Origin: an uncultured Candidatus Saccharibacteria bacterium
GTDB lineage: Bacteria > Patescibacteriota > Minisyncoccia > Minisyncoccales > Staskawiczbacteraceae
Assembly: GCA_964424305.1 (NCBI GenBank)
Contig: CAYRHW010000006.1
Coordinates: 1-58,612 of the forward strand
DNA length: 58,612 bases
Direction: 5' to 3'
The notes under the pieces are model-generated. The model saw only the letters and a program-made list of their open reading frames with translations. It was not told where the DNA came from and searched no databases. Each line of letters begins with the position of its first letter. Position 1 is the first letter of the stretch. Shown in pieces: positions 24,781-33,586 of the stretch. The translations under genes and the position numbers were made by a program.

Positions 24781-25338
24781 ATGAACAAAACACAAGAAAA
24801 CTTGCTAAAAGCAATCGCCGGGGAGTCTATGGCAAGAAATAAGTATACCTATTATGCCGAAATTGCGATGAAGGAGGGATTGGTTTGGATAGCCAGAGTC
24901 TTTGAAGAAACGGCCGATAACGAAAGGGCTCATGCTCAAGAAGAATTAGAAAAGATAAAGGGAAAAGCCGAAATGACAAATACCTATGATATCCATGAGT
25001 TGGGGGATACCTTGGAAAATTTAAAGAATGCATCGGAGGGAGAAAAATATGAGTTTGGAACAATGTATCCTGGATTTGAAAAGATAGCCCGAGAGGAAGG
25101 AGAAGAAGAAATTGCCACACTATTTAAAGAAATTTCAGAAGTAGAGGAGAAACACGCTGAAAGATATGACCTATTGGCTAAAAAGCTAGAAGAAGGCACA
25201 TTATTCAAGAGCGAAGGCGAAATCGAATGGAAGTGTCTAAATTGTGGCTATATCCACAAAGGAAAATCGGCGCCAGATGAGTGCCCCCTTTGCAAGAAAG
25301 CCCAAGGATATTACATGGGTTTAAAAGTAGTAAGATAA
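24781..25338 (+). CDS. rbr: rubrerythrin
   Basis: Diiron ExxH motifs (ERAHAQEE, EEKHAERY) plus a C-terminal rubredoxin-like CLNCGY...CPLC. ATG 24781 (MNKTQENLL) is preferred. Confidence 0.9.
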   Translation: MNKTQENLLKAIAGESMARNKYTYYAEIAMKEGLVWIARVFEETADNERAHAQEELEKIKGKAEMTNTYDIHELGDTLENLKNASEGEKYEFGTMYPGFEKIAREEGEEEIATLFKEISEVEEKHAERYDLLAKKLEEGTLFKSEGEIEWKCLNCGYIHKGKSAPDECPLCKKAQGYYMGLKVVR

Positions 25339-25344
25339 ATAATT

Positions 25345-25983
25345 ATGAAAATAACTAATATCGTTGCCTTGATAGTTATCGTAGTATCTTTCGGTATCGG
25401 ATTTTACTTTTATCCACAAATGCCAGACACGGTTGCATCTCATTGGGGTAGTAGTGGACAGGTAAATGGATACATGTCCAAATTTTGGGGGTTATTTTTA
25501 ATGCCCATTATTTCTCTATTAATATTTCTATTGCTGGTGTTTATACCGAAAATCGATCCTTTTAAAGAAAACGTCGAAAAATTTAGGAAGTATTTCGATA
25601 CATTCATAGTTATAATAATCACATTTTTTCTCTATATCTATCTGCTGACTATTTTTTGGAATTTAGGAATAAGATTTGATATGTTTTTAGCAATATTGCC
25701 AGCAATTGCTGTAATGTTTTACTACGCGGGCGTACTTATTGGAAAATCAAAAAGGAATTGGTTTATCGGGATTAGGACGCCGTGGACATTAAGCAGTGAT
25801 AGGGTCTGGGATAAAACCCATAGGATCGGTGGTATATTATTTAAAATTTCTGGTTTGTTAACAATTCTGGGGGTCTTTTTCGAAAGTTACGCAATTTGGT
25901 TCATGCTGGTTCCCATTATGTTCACTGTGTTTTATACAACCATTTACTCATATATAGAATATAAAAAAGAAACTAGTGCTTAA
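25345..25983 (+). CDS. SdpI/DUF1648 family membrane protein
   Basis: HWGSSGQVNGY (DUF1648) and RNWFIGIRTPWTLSSDRVWDKTHR (SdpI) signatures. Confidence 0.75.
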   Translation: MKITNIVALIVIVVSFGIGFYFYPQMPDTVASHWGSSGQVNGYMSKFWGLFLMPIISLLIFLLLVFIPKIDPFKENVEKFRKYFDTFIVIIITFFLYIYLLTIFWNLGIRFDMFLAILPAIAVMFYYAGVLIGKSKRNWFIGIRTPWTLSSDRVWDKTHRIGGILFKISGLLTILGVFFESYAIWFMLVPIMFTVFYTTIYSYIEYKKETSA

Positions 25984-25984
25984 T

Positions 25985-26839
25985 ATGGCTAGTAGCGTTT
26001 TTATTAAAGACCCGGCGGGGCTAGAGAAAGCAAAGAAAGCCATCAAAAAGGATGGTATTGCAAATTTGCATGTTTTGGCAGATTTTGATCAAACTCTTAC
26101 TCAAGCCTTTGTTTCTGGCAAGATAGTGCCATCCTTACTTTCAATAATGTATAATGAGGGCTATTTAGGTCCAGATTATTCTGAAAAGGCTAAGGCGCTT
26201 CATAGTAAATACTATAAAACAGAAATGGACCCCGAGGTGCCCAGGGAGGTCAAGAAAAAGGCAATGGAAGAGTGGTGGAATCTACACTTCGAGTTGCTCA
26301 TAAAATCAAAGCTTAATAAAAAAGATATTGAGTCTATAATAAAATCAGGAAAAGTTAAACTCCGGGAAGGTTCGGATATATTTTTCAGTATTTTAAAAGA
26401 AAGCGATATCCCCCTGGTTATTATGTCCTCATCTGGGCTGGGTGGAGAAGCCATAGAGGATCTTTTAAAAGAAGAGGGAAAAAGATTTAGCAATACCCAT
26501 ATAATTTCGAATACTTTTAATTGGGACAGTAATGGGAGCGCTATCTCCATAGAAAGGCCGATTATTCACGCGATGAATAAGGGGGAGACGAGCTTGAAAA
26601 ACTTCCCGGAAATTTATAACAAAGTTAAAAACAGAAAAAATGTGCTACTTTTGGGAAACGGCCCTGATGACGTCGACATGGTAGAGGGTTTTGATTATTC
26701 TAGTTTAGTAAAAATAGGATTTCTAAATGAAAAAGTTGAGGAACATTTGGAGGACTATAAAAGACTTTATGACGTGGTTATTACGGGCGACGGGCCAATG
26801 GATTATGTTAATGAATTATTAAAAGAATGGTGTGAATAA
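25985..26839 (+). CDS. HAD-superfamily pyrimidine 5'-nucleotidase (UMPH-1 / cN-III type)
   Basis: Motif I LADFDQTLT, motif II MSSSG, motif IV GNGPDDVDM. The overall layout resembles eukaryotic cytosolic 5'-nucleotidase III, by family recall. Confidence 0.65.
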   Translation: MASSVFIKDPAGLEKAKKAIKKDGIANLHVLADFDQTLTQAFVSGKIVPSLLSIMYNEGYLGPDYSEKAKALHSKYYKTEMDPEVPREVKKKAMEEWWNLHFELLIKSKLNKKDIESIIKSGKVKLREGSDIFFSILKESDIPLVIMSSSGLGGEAIEDLLKEEGKRFSNTHIISNTFNWDSNGSAISIERPIIHAMNKGETSLKNFPEIYNKVKNRKNVLLLGNGPDDVDMVEGFDYSSLVKIGFLNEKVEEHLEDYKRLYDVVITGDGPMDYVNELLKEWCE

Positions 26840-26932
26840 GTCGGGTTGCATTGTTTTTTTCTTTTGGTAAAATTATTGAAATAGACTTTGGAATAGTTAG
26901 AAAAATCCTGGTGTTCCAGGCGTAGTAAAAAA

Positions 26933-26956
26933 GCGGGGGACTTTTCCCCCGTTTTT
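26933..26956 (+). terminator. intrinsic terminator fused to TGaTATAAT
   Basis: CGGGGGA 26933-26939 / TCCCCCG 26944-26950, with a T-run at 26951-26956 and -10 TATAAT at 26960-26965. Confidence 0.8.
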
Positions 26957-26992
26957 TGATATAATGAAAACATTAAAATAAACAACAAAAAT

Positions 26993-27085
26993 ATGTCGAT
27001 TGCTACAATTATTATATTAATTATTATCCTTGTGGCCGTAGTCGTTTACTTCATTTACGAAAACTATATTTCCACTGTGAAATAG
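26993..27085 (+). CDS. 30-aa hydrophobic mini-protein (speculative)
   Basis: Hand-translated as MSIATIIILIIILVAVVVYFIYENYISTVK*. It lies downstream of the promoter at 26960. Confidence 0.3.
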   Translation: MSIATIIILIIILVAVVVYFIYENYISTVK

Positions 27086-27103
27086 TGGTAATATAGAACC
27101 AAT

Positions 27104-27562
27104 ATGCCGTCTGAAAATCAAGCGCTTCGGAGAAAAGAAAAAATAATTACTTGGTTAATCGCCATAGCGGTCGCCTCGGCGGTGTTCGTTTCTTTTATTG
27201 TGGTTATAAAAAAGCAAGTCGGTGTTCCCACAAAAGCTACCCCGGATACTAAAATGTTGTTGTCTGTTAAGTATTGGTTGTTCTATGAAGGGCATACCAC
27301 TCCAGTAGTTGCTATAAAAAATCTCCAGAACATTACTAGGGAGGATTGTAAGATAACAATTAACGACAGCTACATTCGCGAGATGGACGAGATTCCATCC
27401 ACCGATAACAACCCCGACTTGATCGTAATGAATATTAGTGAATTTGTAAGGGACGATGGTAAAATACTTGATTTAACCCTTAGCCCAATGAAATCAGCCT
27501 GTGTAATTTGTAATGGGCCAGTATACAACAGTTACTGCGGAGATTTTTCTCGATTAAAATAA
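27104..27562 (+). CDS. membrane-anchored hypothetical protein
   Basis: 152-aa ORF with an N-terminal TM. Confidence 0.6.
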   Translation: MPSENQALRRKEKIITWLIAIAVASAVFVSFIVVIKKQVGVPTKATPDTKMLLSVKYWLFYEGHTTPVVAIKNLQNITREDCKITINDSYIREMDEIPSTDNNPDLIVMNISEFVRDDGKILDLTLSPMKSACVICNGPVYNSYCGDFSRLK

Positions 27563-27571
27563 TCTACATCA

Positions 27572-28246
27572 ATGGGAACGCTATATATTATTGCCACTCC
27601 AATCGGCAATTTAAAGGATGTAAGTTTTCGAGCAATAGAAGCCCTAAAAGAGGCTGATTTAATTTTATGCGAAGATACCAGAACAACAATAAAATTGTTG
27701 AACCATTACGAAATTAAAAAACCACTAATATCCTACCACCAACATAGTAAGGATTTAAAAGTTGAGCAGATAATAAATTTCTTAGCAGAGGGGAAAAAGT
27801 TGGCCTTAGTTTCTGATGCCGGGACACCCGGTATTTCAGATCCAGGAAACAAGTTAATCGAGCAAATACTTAGGCGCGATGGTTCGACAAAAATAATACC
27901 GATTCCGGGTGTTTCTGCCCTTGCTGCTTTAGCCAGTGTTTCGGGCTTTCCTACGGATAAGTTTTTGTTCCTGGGTTTTCCGCCGCAGAAAAATAAAAGA
28001 GAAAAGTTTTTTAAAGAAGCGACAGCTTCGCAATACTCTGTAATAATCTATGAATCTCCCTACAGGATAATTAAGGCCCTAGAATCTATAGAAGAAATGT
28101 CTCCATCGGCAAATATCGTTGTGGGCCGAGAATTAACAAAAAAGTTTGAAACGATTTATCGAGGAACCGTATCTGAGGTCAAAGAGGCCATAAAGAAGGA
28201 AGGACCAAGAGGGGAATTCGTTGTAATTATTAGAGGGGAAGAATAA
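27572..28246 (+). CDS. rsmI: 16S rRNA (cytidine1402-2'-O)-methyltransferase
   Basis: LYIIATPIGNLKDVSFRAIEALKEADLILCEDTR and SDAGTPGISDPG motifs of the RsmI/tetrapyrrole-methylase fold. Confidence 0.9.
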   Translation: MGTLYIIATPIGNLKDVSFRAIEALKEADLILCEDTRTTIKLLNHYEIKKPLISYHQHSKDLKVEQIINFLAEGKKLALVSDAGTPGISDPGNKLIEQILRRDGSTKIIPIPGVSALAALASVSGFPTDKFLFLGFPPQKNKREKFFKEATASQYSVIIYESPYRIIKALESIEEMSPSANIVVGRELTKKFETIYRGTVSEVKEAIKKEGPRGEFVVIIRGEE

Positions 28247-28256
28247 AACTTTTATA

Positions 28257-28292
28257 TAAAAAAACACTCGGCCGCAGGGCCGAGTGTTTTTG
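28257..28292. terminator. bidirectional terminator
   Basis: 10-bp stem ACACTCGGCC 28264-28273 / GGCCGAGTGT 28278-28287, flanked by an A-run and a T-run. Confidence 0.85.
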
Positions 28293-28300
28293 TTAGTCGA

Positions 28301-28489
28301 TTAACGGCTAAACTTTGGCGGTCTTTTCTTTGACCAGCATTCTCTACAATAAATAGGTCTGTCTGGGGCTGGTTCAAATGGGAGCTCTGTTATTGCTACT
28401 CCGCATTCTGAGCATTTCCAGTCACCTTTTATCATAGGTCTTGGGGCAAAGTTTCCGCGAGAACTATCGTCAAATTTTTTGAAAACCAT
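28301..28489 (-). CDS. CxxC-x17-CxxC zinc-ribbon protein
   Basis: CSECGVAITELPFEPAPDRPIYCRECW pattern in a 62-aa protein. Confidence 0.75.
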   Translation of the reverse strand: MVFKKFDDSSRGNFAPRPMIKGDWKCSECGVAITELPFEPAPDRPIYCRECWSKKRPPKFSR

Positions 28490-28618
28490 TTTTGCGTATA
28501 ACTTTTTACTGAATGAAACGACCTTTTGACTTCTAAGTGATGAAACTTATTGTCTGGTATTAATTATACTTTCAATTTGTAATATGTCAACGTTCACGTT
28601 ACAATGCAAAAATAGGTT

Positions 28619-29614
28619 ATGGATTTAACAAAATTAGATAAAATTCTAGAGAAAGAGCCGGCTTTTAGGAAAAATCAGGCCAGTGGGGCCATATTCCAGA
28701 AATTTGTTGAAAGTTGGCAAGACGTTAAAACGCTGCCCTTAGATTTAAGGGGTATTTTAGATAAAGAGTGCTCACTGAGGATAAATGTCCAGGCTACGGT
28801 TTCTCAAGACGAAAGAACAGTTAAAGCACTAATCACCCTCGGAGATGGTTTGAAGGTAGAAACCGTCCTAATGCGTCATAATGACGATAGGAACACTATT
28901 TGCGTTTCTTCCCAGGTTGGTTGCCCCCTGGGTTGTTCATTCTGTGCAACAGGTAAGTTGGGGTTCAAAAGAAATCTTACGAGTATGGAAATTGTCGAAC
29001 AGGTTTTGTTTTTTGCTAGATATTTGAAAACCAAGGAAGCCAAAATCACAAACGTTGTTTTTATGGGAATGGGGGAGCCATTTTTAAATTATGACAATGT
29101 CCTGGGCGCGATTAAAATATTAAATGATGAGGATAAATTTGGATTGGGCGCAAGGCACTTCTCCATATCCACCGTTGGCATTATAGAGGGGATCAAAAAA
29201 CTAGCTGGAGAAAAGTTGCAAGTTAACTTAGCAGTTTCTTTGCACGCGCCGAATGATGAGTTGCGTAGCAAAATAATGCCAGTTAATAAGAAGTATCCGT
29301 TAAGGGATATTTTAGCGGCAGTGGACTCATATATAAAGGAAACTAACAGAAAAGTAATGATTGAATATGTTATGATAGAGGGTGTAAATGATTCCGATAA
29401 GTGCGCCAAGGAATTGGCGGCCATAACAAGAAAACCACTGCATTTTGTTAACTTGATCTCGTATAATCCAACTGGGATATTTAAAGCATCTGATAGCGAA
29501 AGGATTAAATGTTTTAGGAAGATACTTGAAGATAGGGGCGTTGAGGTGACTCAAAGATATAAATTTGGTTCTGGTATTAAGGCCGCCTGCGGCCAATTAG
29601 CAGGGAAACAATAA
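28619..29614 (+). CDS. rlmN: 23S rRNA/tRNA (adenine-C2)-methyltransferase, radical SAM
   Basis: CPLGCSFCATG radical-SAM motif, with GMGEPFLNY and C-terminal CGQL. Confidence 0.9.
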   Translation: MDLTKLDKILEKEPAFRKNQASGAIFQKFVESWQDVKTLPLDLRGILDKECSLRINVQATVSQDERTVKALITLGDGLKVETVLMRHNDDRNTICVSSQVGCPLGCSFCATGKLGFKRNLTSMEIVEQVLFFARYLKTKEAKITNVVFMGMGEPFLNYDNVLGAIKILNDEDKFGLGARHFSISTVGIIEGIKKLAGEKLQVNLAVSLHAPNDELRSKIMPVNKKYPLRDILAAVDSYIKETNRKVMIEYVMIEGVNDSDKCAKELAAITRKPLHFVNLISYNPTGIFKASDSERIKCFRKILEDRGVEVTQRYKFGSGIKAACGQLAGKQ

Positions 29615-29630
29615 CTATCTAAATAAATGT

Positions 29631-30461
29631 ATGAATAAAAAAGCATTAGTGATCCTAACCCTAGTATTAGTGGTGTGCGTTGCTGGTTTGGTAATTCTTA
29701 CAAAATATATAAGTAAACCAGCTGATGTCCAAAAACCTAAGGCCGGGCTAGTGGTTATTTTTCCTATCGAGAACCAAGAGATTGTTTCGCCATTAAAAGT
29801 TACGGGATATGTTAATGGTGATGGCTGGGTTGGTTTTGAGGGGCAGGTTGGTACCGTACGGTTGGTTGTTGAAGCGGTTACCTTGGCGCAAGCTCCATTA
29901 ACCGCAAAAGGAGATTGGATGACTTCTTCGCCTATTAATTTTGAAGCAAGCTTAGAGTTTCAGGCAATTGGAGATAAGAATGGCTGGTTGGTTTTTGCTA
30001 ACGAAAATCCAAGTGGGTTACCTGAAAATGATAGAGAGTTTACTTTGCCAGTAAGAATAGTGGGTTTTAAAGGGGAAACATCTACTGTGAAACTTTATTT
30101 TGTAAAAAACATTGACTCGACCGTAGACTGTAAGCCAACTTTTTTTACCGAAAGAATAATTCCCAAAACTCAAGCAATCGCCATGGCAACCCTAGAAGAG
30201 CTTTTAAAGGGGCCGAACAATCTTGAAAGAAGCAACGGCTTTGATACTGTTATTAATTCTGGAGTCAAAATTCAGAGTCTAACCATTGATGATAAGGGAG
30301 TAGCTCATGTAGATTTTAGTCAGGAATTGGAATCAACTGGTGGGTCTTGCAGAGTCACTGCTATCCGTGCAGAGATCACACAAACCCTTAAACAATTTTC
30401 TACGGTTAAAAGTGTTATTATTTCGATTGATGGCCGGACAGAAGATATATTACAACCATAA
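29631..30461 (+). CDS. secreted Gmad2 Ig-like + GerMN domain protein
   Basis: N-terminal anchor and a C-terminal GerMN-like region (ATLEELLKGP...GVAHVDFS...SIDG). Confidence 0.65.
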   Translation: MNKKALVILTLVLVVCVAGLVILTKYISKPADVQKPKAGLVVIFPIENQEIVSPLKVTGYVNGDGWVGFEGQVGTVRLVVEAVTLAQAPLTAKGDWMTSSPINFEASLEFQAIGDKNGWLVFANENPSGLPENDREFTLPVRIVGFKGETSTVKLYFVKNIDSTVDCKPTFFTERIIPKTQAIAMATLEELLKGPNNLERSNGFDTVINSGVKIQSLTIDDKGVAHVDFSQELESTGGSCRVTAIRAEITQTLKQFSTVKSVIISIDGRTEDILQP

Positions 30462-30465
30462 AAAT

Positions 30466-30690
30466 ATGAAAGAAGTTCATATTCACGATCATCACGTTAA
30501 TTACGAGGATAATGCTTATGGGGGAGTAGATTATTTAATGCGCCATCTTGATCGTCAGGAGGCGGAGGTGTTTTTTAACGAAGCGAAACATAGGGGGCAT
30601 ATTAAATTTGAGGATGCAGCCGGGAAAGATTATACTCTCGCACATCATAACGGAGCCTATACTCTAGAGCATAAAGTTTCAGGATGGTAA
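30466..30690 (+). CDS. small His-rich hypothetical protein
   Basis: An in-frame ATG 5 nt after the upstream stop. The 5' part of track ORF 30340..30690 overlaps the preceding gene and is discarded. Confidence 0.5.
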   Translation: MKEVHIHDHHVNYEDNAYGGVDYLMRHLDRQEAEVFFNEAKHRGHIKFEDAAGKDYTLAHHNGAYTLEHKVSGW

Positions 30691-31826
30691 AATTTAGAAT
30701 AATCAAAAAATCAAAAAAGAGTAATGCTAGGTTGGGGCTGCTGGAAACTAAACACGGTGTTATCGAGACACCATGTTTAGTCCCAGTTGCTACTCAGGCT
30801 GTTGTTAAGACCCTAGAAAGTAAAGAAGTTCTGCAAACCAAGAGTCAGATTCTAATCTGTAATACGTTTCATTTACATCTGAAGCCCGGTGAGGGGATTA
30901 TAAAAGAAAATGGGGGCCTGCATAAATTCATGAATTGGTCAAAACCATTAATGACTGACTCGGGAGGTTTTCAGGTCTTTTCCCTAGGGTTTGGTAGGGA
31001 TCATAACGTTAGTAAAGTAATAAAATCTCCTTCAAAAAGTATTATTAAGATTAGTAGTCAACCAAAATTCTTAAAAATTACCCAGGATGGCGTTTATTTT
31101 AGATCTCCGGTGGATGGTAGGGAATTATTTATTGGCCCTAAAGAATCTATTAAAATTCAAGAAAAACTAGGAGCTGATATTATCTTTAATTTTGATGAAT
31201 GCACTTCGCCCCTAGCAAATTACGAGTACGTCAAAAAATCTCTGCTAAAAACACATAAATGGGCGGAGATGTGTTTAAAAGTTCATTCGACAGGCTCGGG
31301 GCAGGCACTTTACGGAATTGTTCAGGGGGGAAGGTACAAAGACTTGAGGGTGAAGAGTGCAAAATTTATTAGTAATCTGCCATTCGATGGTTTCGGTATC
31401 GGTGGAGAATTTGGAAGCGATAAGGGGGATATGGGGAAAATGTTAAAATACACGGTCAAAGAATTACCCGAAGGGAAACCAAGACATTTGCTGGGCATAG
31501 GATATTTAGAGGACATGAGGGTTATTATCAAAGAGGGGGTAGATACTTTTGATTGTACTGTGCCTACACATTACGCCCGGCGTGGAATGGCCTTTACTTC
31601 GACTGGGAAAATGGATTTAAATAAGACAGCGTTTTTAGCAGATAAAGGTCCCCTTGATGGAAAGTGTGGGTGTTATGTTTGTCGGGACTACAAAAGAAAC
31701 TACATCTCCCATCTTCTAAGGGCGAAGGAGATCACTGCTTTAAAACTACTTACATTTCATAATCTTTACTATTTCAATACTTTTGTAGAGGAAATTAGAG
31801 AAGAAATTAAAAATGGGAAAATTTAA
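30684..31826 (+). CDS. tgt: queuine/preQ1 tRNA-ribosyltransferase
   Basis: TDSGGFQVFS, GGEFGSDK and a zinc site CxCxxC...H (CGCYVCRDY...H). Confidence 0.92.
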   Translation: MVKFRIIKKSKKSNARLGLLETKHGVIETPCLVPVATQAVVKTLESKEVLQTKSQILICNTFHLHLKPGEGIIKENGGLHKFMNWSKPLMTDSGGFQVFSLGFGRDHNVSKVIKSPSKSIIKISSQPKFLKITQDGVYFRSPVDGRELFIGPKESIKIQEKLGADIIFNFDECTSPLANYEYVKKSLLKTHKWAEMCLKVHSTGSGQALYGIVQGGRYKDLRVKSAKFISNLPFDGFGIGGEFGSDKGDMGKMLKYTVKELPEGKPRHLLGIGYLEDMRVIIKEGVDTFDCTVPTHYARRGMAFTSTGKMDLNKTAFLADKGPLDGKCGCYVCRDYKRNYISHLLRAKEITALKLLTFHNLYYFNTFVEEIREEIKNGKI

Positions 31827-32395
31827 TGGAAGAAACTAAACCAAAAATAATTATTCATGTCTGCTGTGCTGTTTGCGGTTCGGCACTAGTTGAGCTGTTA
31901 AAAGAAAGGTTTGATCCGGTAATCTTCTTCTATAATCCAAACATCTACCCAAAAGAGGAGTACGGCAAACGGAAGGAATCCGTTGAAAGGCTAGCTGAGT
32001 TGAGTGACGTTGAGTTTGTGGGGGGAAGTTACGAAAATGATAATTGGCTCAAACAAGTCAAAGGACTAGAAAAAGAGCTAGAGGGAGGAAAAAGATGTGA
32101 CGTCTGCTTCAAGAGTAGGCTTTCGAAAGTTGCGGAATTCGCAAAAAAAAGTGAAGCTGTTTATTTCACCAGTACCCTATTCCTCAGTCCTCAAAAAAAT
32201 GAGGCATTAATCAGTAAAATAGGGGAGCAAATTGGTAACCAATTTGGTTTGACCTTTTTGAGATTCCAGGATCTGGGAATTAATAAAAAAGATTTCTGGC
32301 AAAAAACTAAGGAATTGTCTGAGAAGAAGAAATTTTATCATCAGAACTATTGTGGCTGTGTTTTTAGCGCTAAAAACACAGCGTGCAAAGTTTAA
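31826..32395 (+). CDS. queH: epoxyqueuosine reductase QueH (DUF208)
   Basis: HVCCAVCGS N-terminal Cys cluster and C-terminal YCGC. The start overlaps the tgt stop. Confidence 0.85.
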   Translation: MEETKPKIIIHVCCAVCGSALVELLKERFDPVIFFYNPNIYPKEEYGKRKESVERLAELSDVEFVGGSYENDNWLKQVKGLEKELEGGKRCDVCFKSRLSKVAEFAKKSEAVYFTSTLFLSPQKNEALISKIGEQIGNQFGLTFLRFQDLGINKKDFWQKTKELSEKKKFYHQNYCGCVFSAKNTACKV

Positions 32396-32411
32396 ATATT
32401 TTATCCACAGT

Positions 32412-32435
32412 CGCGTCCATTGACGCGCCTTTTTA
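32412..32435 (+). terminator. intrinsic terminator after queH
   Basis: CGCGTC 32412-32417 / GACGCG 32422-32427, then CC and a T-run at 32430-32434. Confidence 0.7.
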
Positions 32436-32451
32436 TTAGTAATAAAATCTA

Positions 32452-32472
32452 ATTAGGAATAATTATTAATAA
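32452..32472 (+). promoter_or_regulatory. candidate Fur/PerR box overlapping the promoter of the fur-family operon
   Basis: A perfect 10-nt palindrome AATAATTATT at 32458-32467, within TTAGGAATAATTATTAATAAC, 5-25 nt upstream of ATG 32477. Caveat: the background is AT-rich. Confidence 0.4.
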
Positions 32473-32476
32473 CAAC

Positions 32477-32842
32477 ATGGAAAGAAAAACACCACAGAAG
32501 CAAAAGGTATTAGATTATCTTAGGGGTGTATACACCCACCCATCGGCCGAAACAGTTTATGCTGCCGTTAAGAAGAAGGTGCCGAATATCAGCAAAGGGA
32601 CGGTTTATAGGATATTAAAGAATGCTGTGGGGAAAAAAGAAATTCAGGAAATTCCGGCCGAGGTCTCAAGATATGATGGCAATGTTTCCTCTCATGCTCA
32701 TTTCGTTTGCGAAAAGTGCAGTAGCATCTACGACCTTATGGATTTTTGCCAAGATTGTTCTATTTTAAAAAATAAAAAAACAAAGGTCGGAAAAATTAAT
32801 AAATACACAGTAAATTTTTATGGAATCTGTAACAAATGCTAA
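32477..32842 (+). CDS. Fur family transcriptional regulator (PerR-like by context)
   Basis: Short wHTH (HPSAETVYAAV...ISKGTVYRIL) plus two CxxC pairs (CEKC, CNKC). Confidence 0.8.
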   Translation: MERKTPQKQKVLDYLRGVYTHPSAETVYAAVKKKVPNISKGTVYRILKNAVGKKEIQEIPAEVSRYDGNVSSHAHFVCEKCSSIYDLMDFCQDCSILKNKKTKVGKINKYTVNFYGICNKC

Positions 32843-32849
32843 TAATATA

Positions 32850-33122
32850 ATGGAGGGAAAGTGTCACGACTGCGAAACAAAAATACAGTTTGCTGGGGAA
32901 GAAATAAAAAATGGGGTGCAATTGGTTTATGATAACAATGGGGAGAAGGTGAAGGTTTTTAAATGTAATGATTGCTACGCCAAAAGCAGGGTACTTAATA
33001 ATTTCCAGCAGTGTGAGGTGTATTCTAGGGTGGTGGGGTATATAAGGCCCGTTAGCCAATGGCACAAGGGGAAGAAGCAGGAATACGGGGAAAGGAAGGA
33101 GTACAATTGTGAAAGCTGTTAA
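32850..33122 (+). CDS. stand-alone NrdD C-terminal domain: zinc ribbon + glycyl-radical motif mini-protein (90 aa)
   Basis: CHDC...CNDC zinc ribbon, then YSRVVGYIRPVSQWHKGKKQEYGERKEY, matching the class III RNR glycyl-radical segment (R-V-x-G-Y...N/H-x-G-K-x-x-E). ATG 32850 removes the overlap with the fur-family gene. Confidence 0.7.
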   Translation: MEGKCHDCETKIQFAGEEIKNGVQLVYDNNGEKVKVFKCNDCYAKSRVLNNFQQCEVYSRVVGYIRPVSQWHKGKKQEYGERKEYNCESC

Positions 33123-33133
33123 TATATATAAAT

Positions 33134-33508
33134 ATGATAGCAATAAAACAAGTATATCGTTGTAGCGTCTGTGGGAATATTGTGGAGGTTCTCTTCGCAG
33201 GCGGGGGCGAGTTGGTCTGTTGCGGCAAGCCGATGATTTTACAGGAAGAGAAGAGCGAAGATGTGGGGTCAGAGAAACATGTCCCGATTGTTACGAGGGA
33301 GGGAGACAAGATAAAGATAAGAGTTGGGAGTGTTCTCCACCCAATGGATCCCGAGCACTATATCGAGTGGATAGAGTGCAGCAATGGAGAAAGCTATTCT
33401 AGAAAATTCTTAAAACCAGGTGACTCTCCGGAGGCAGAATTCGAAATGATGGGAGATAACATAGGCGCCCGAGCCTACTGTAATATTCATGGACTTTGGA
33501 GGTCATAA
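33134..33508 (+). CDS. dfx: desulfoferrodoxin (2Fe superoxide reductase)
   Basis: N-terminal desulforedoxin CSVCGN...CCGKPM. Centre II ligands sit in EKHVP, HPMDPEHYIEW and CNIHGLW. Confidence 0.9.
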   Translation: MIAIKQVYRCSVCGNIVEVLFAGGGELVCCGKPMILQEEKSEDVGSEKHVPIVTREGDKIKIRVGSVLHPMDPEHYIEWIECSNGESYSRKFLKPGDSPEAEFEMMGDNIGARAYCNIHGLWRS

Positions 33509-33521
33509 TGATTAAAACCTT

Positions 33522-33546
33522 AAAACCCCGTTGAAGCGGGGTTTTT
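33522..33546 (+). terminator. intrinsic terminator after dfx
   Basis: CCCCG 33526-33530 / CGGGG 33537-33541, with a T-run at 33542-33546. TGtTAGAAT follows. Confidence 0.75.
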
Positions 33547-33586
33547 AAGGTGTTAGAATGATAATATAAATAATTAATTTAAACCC

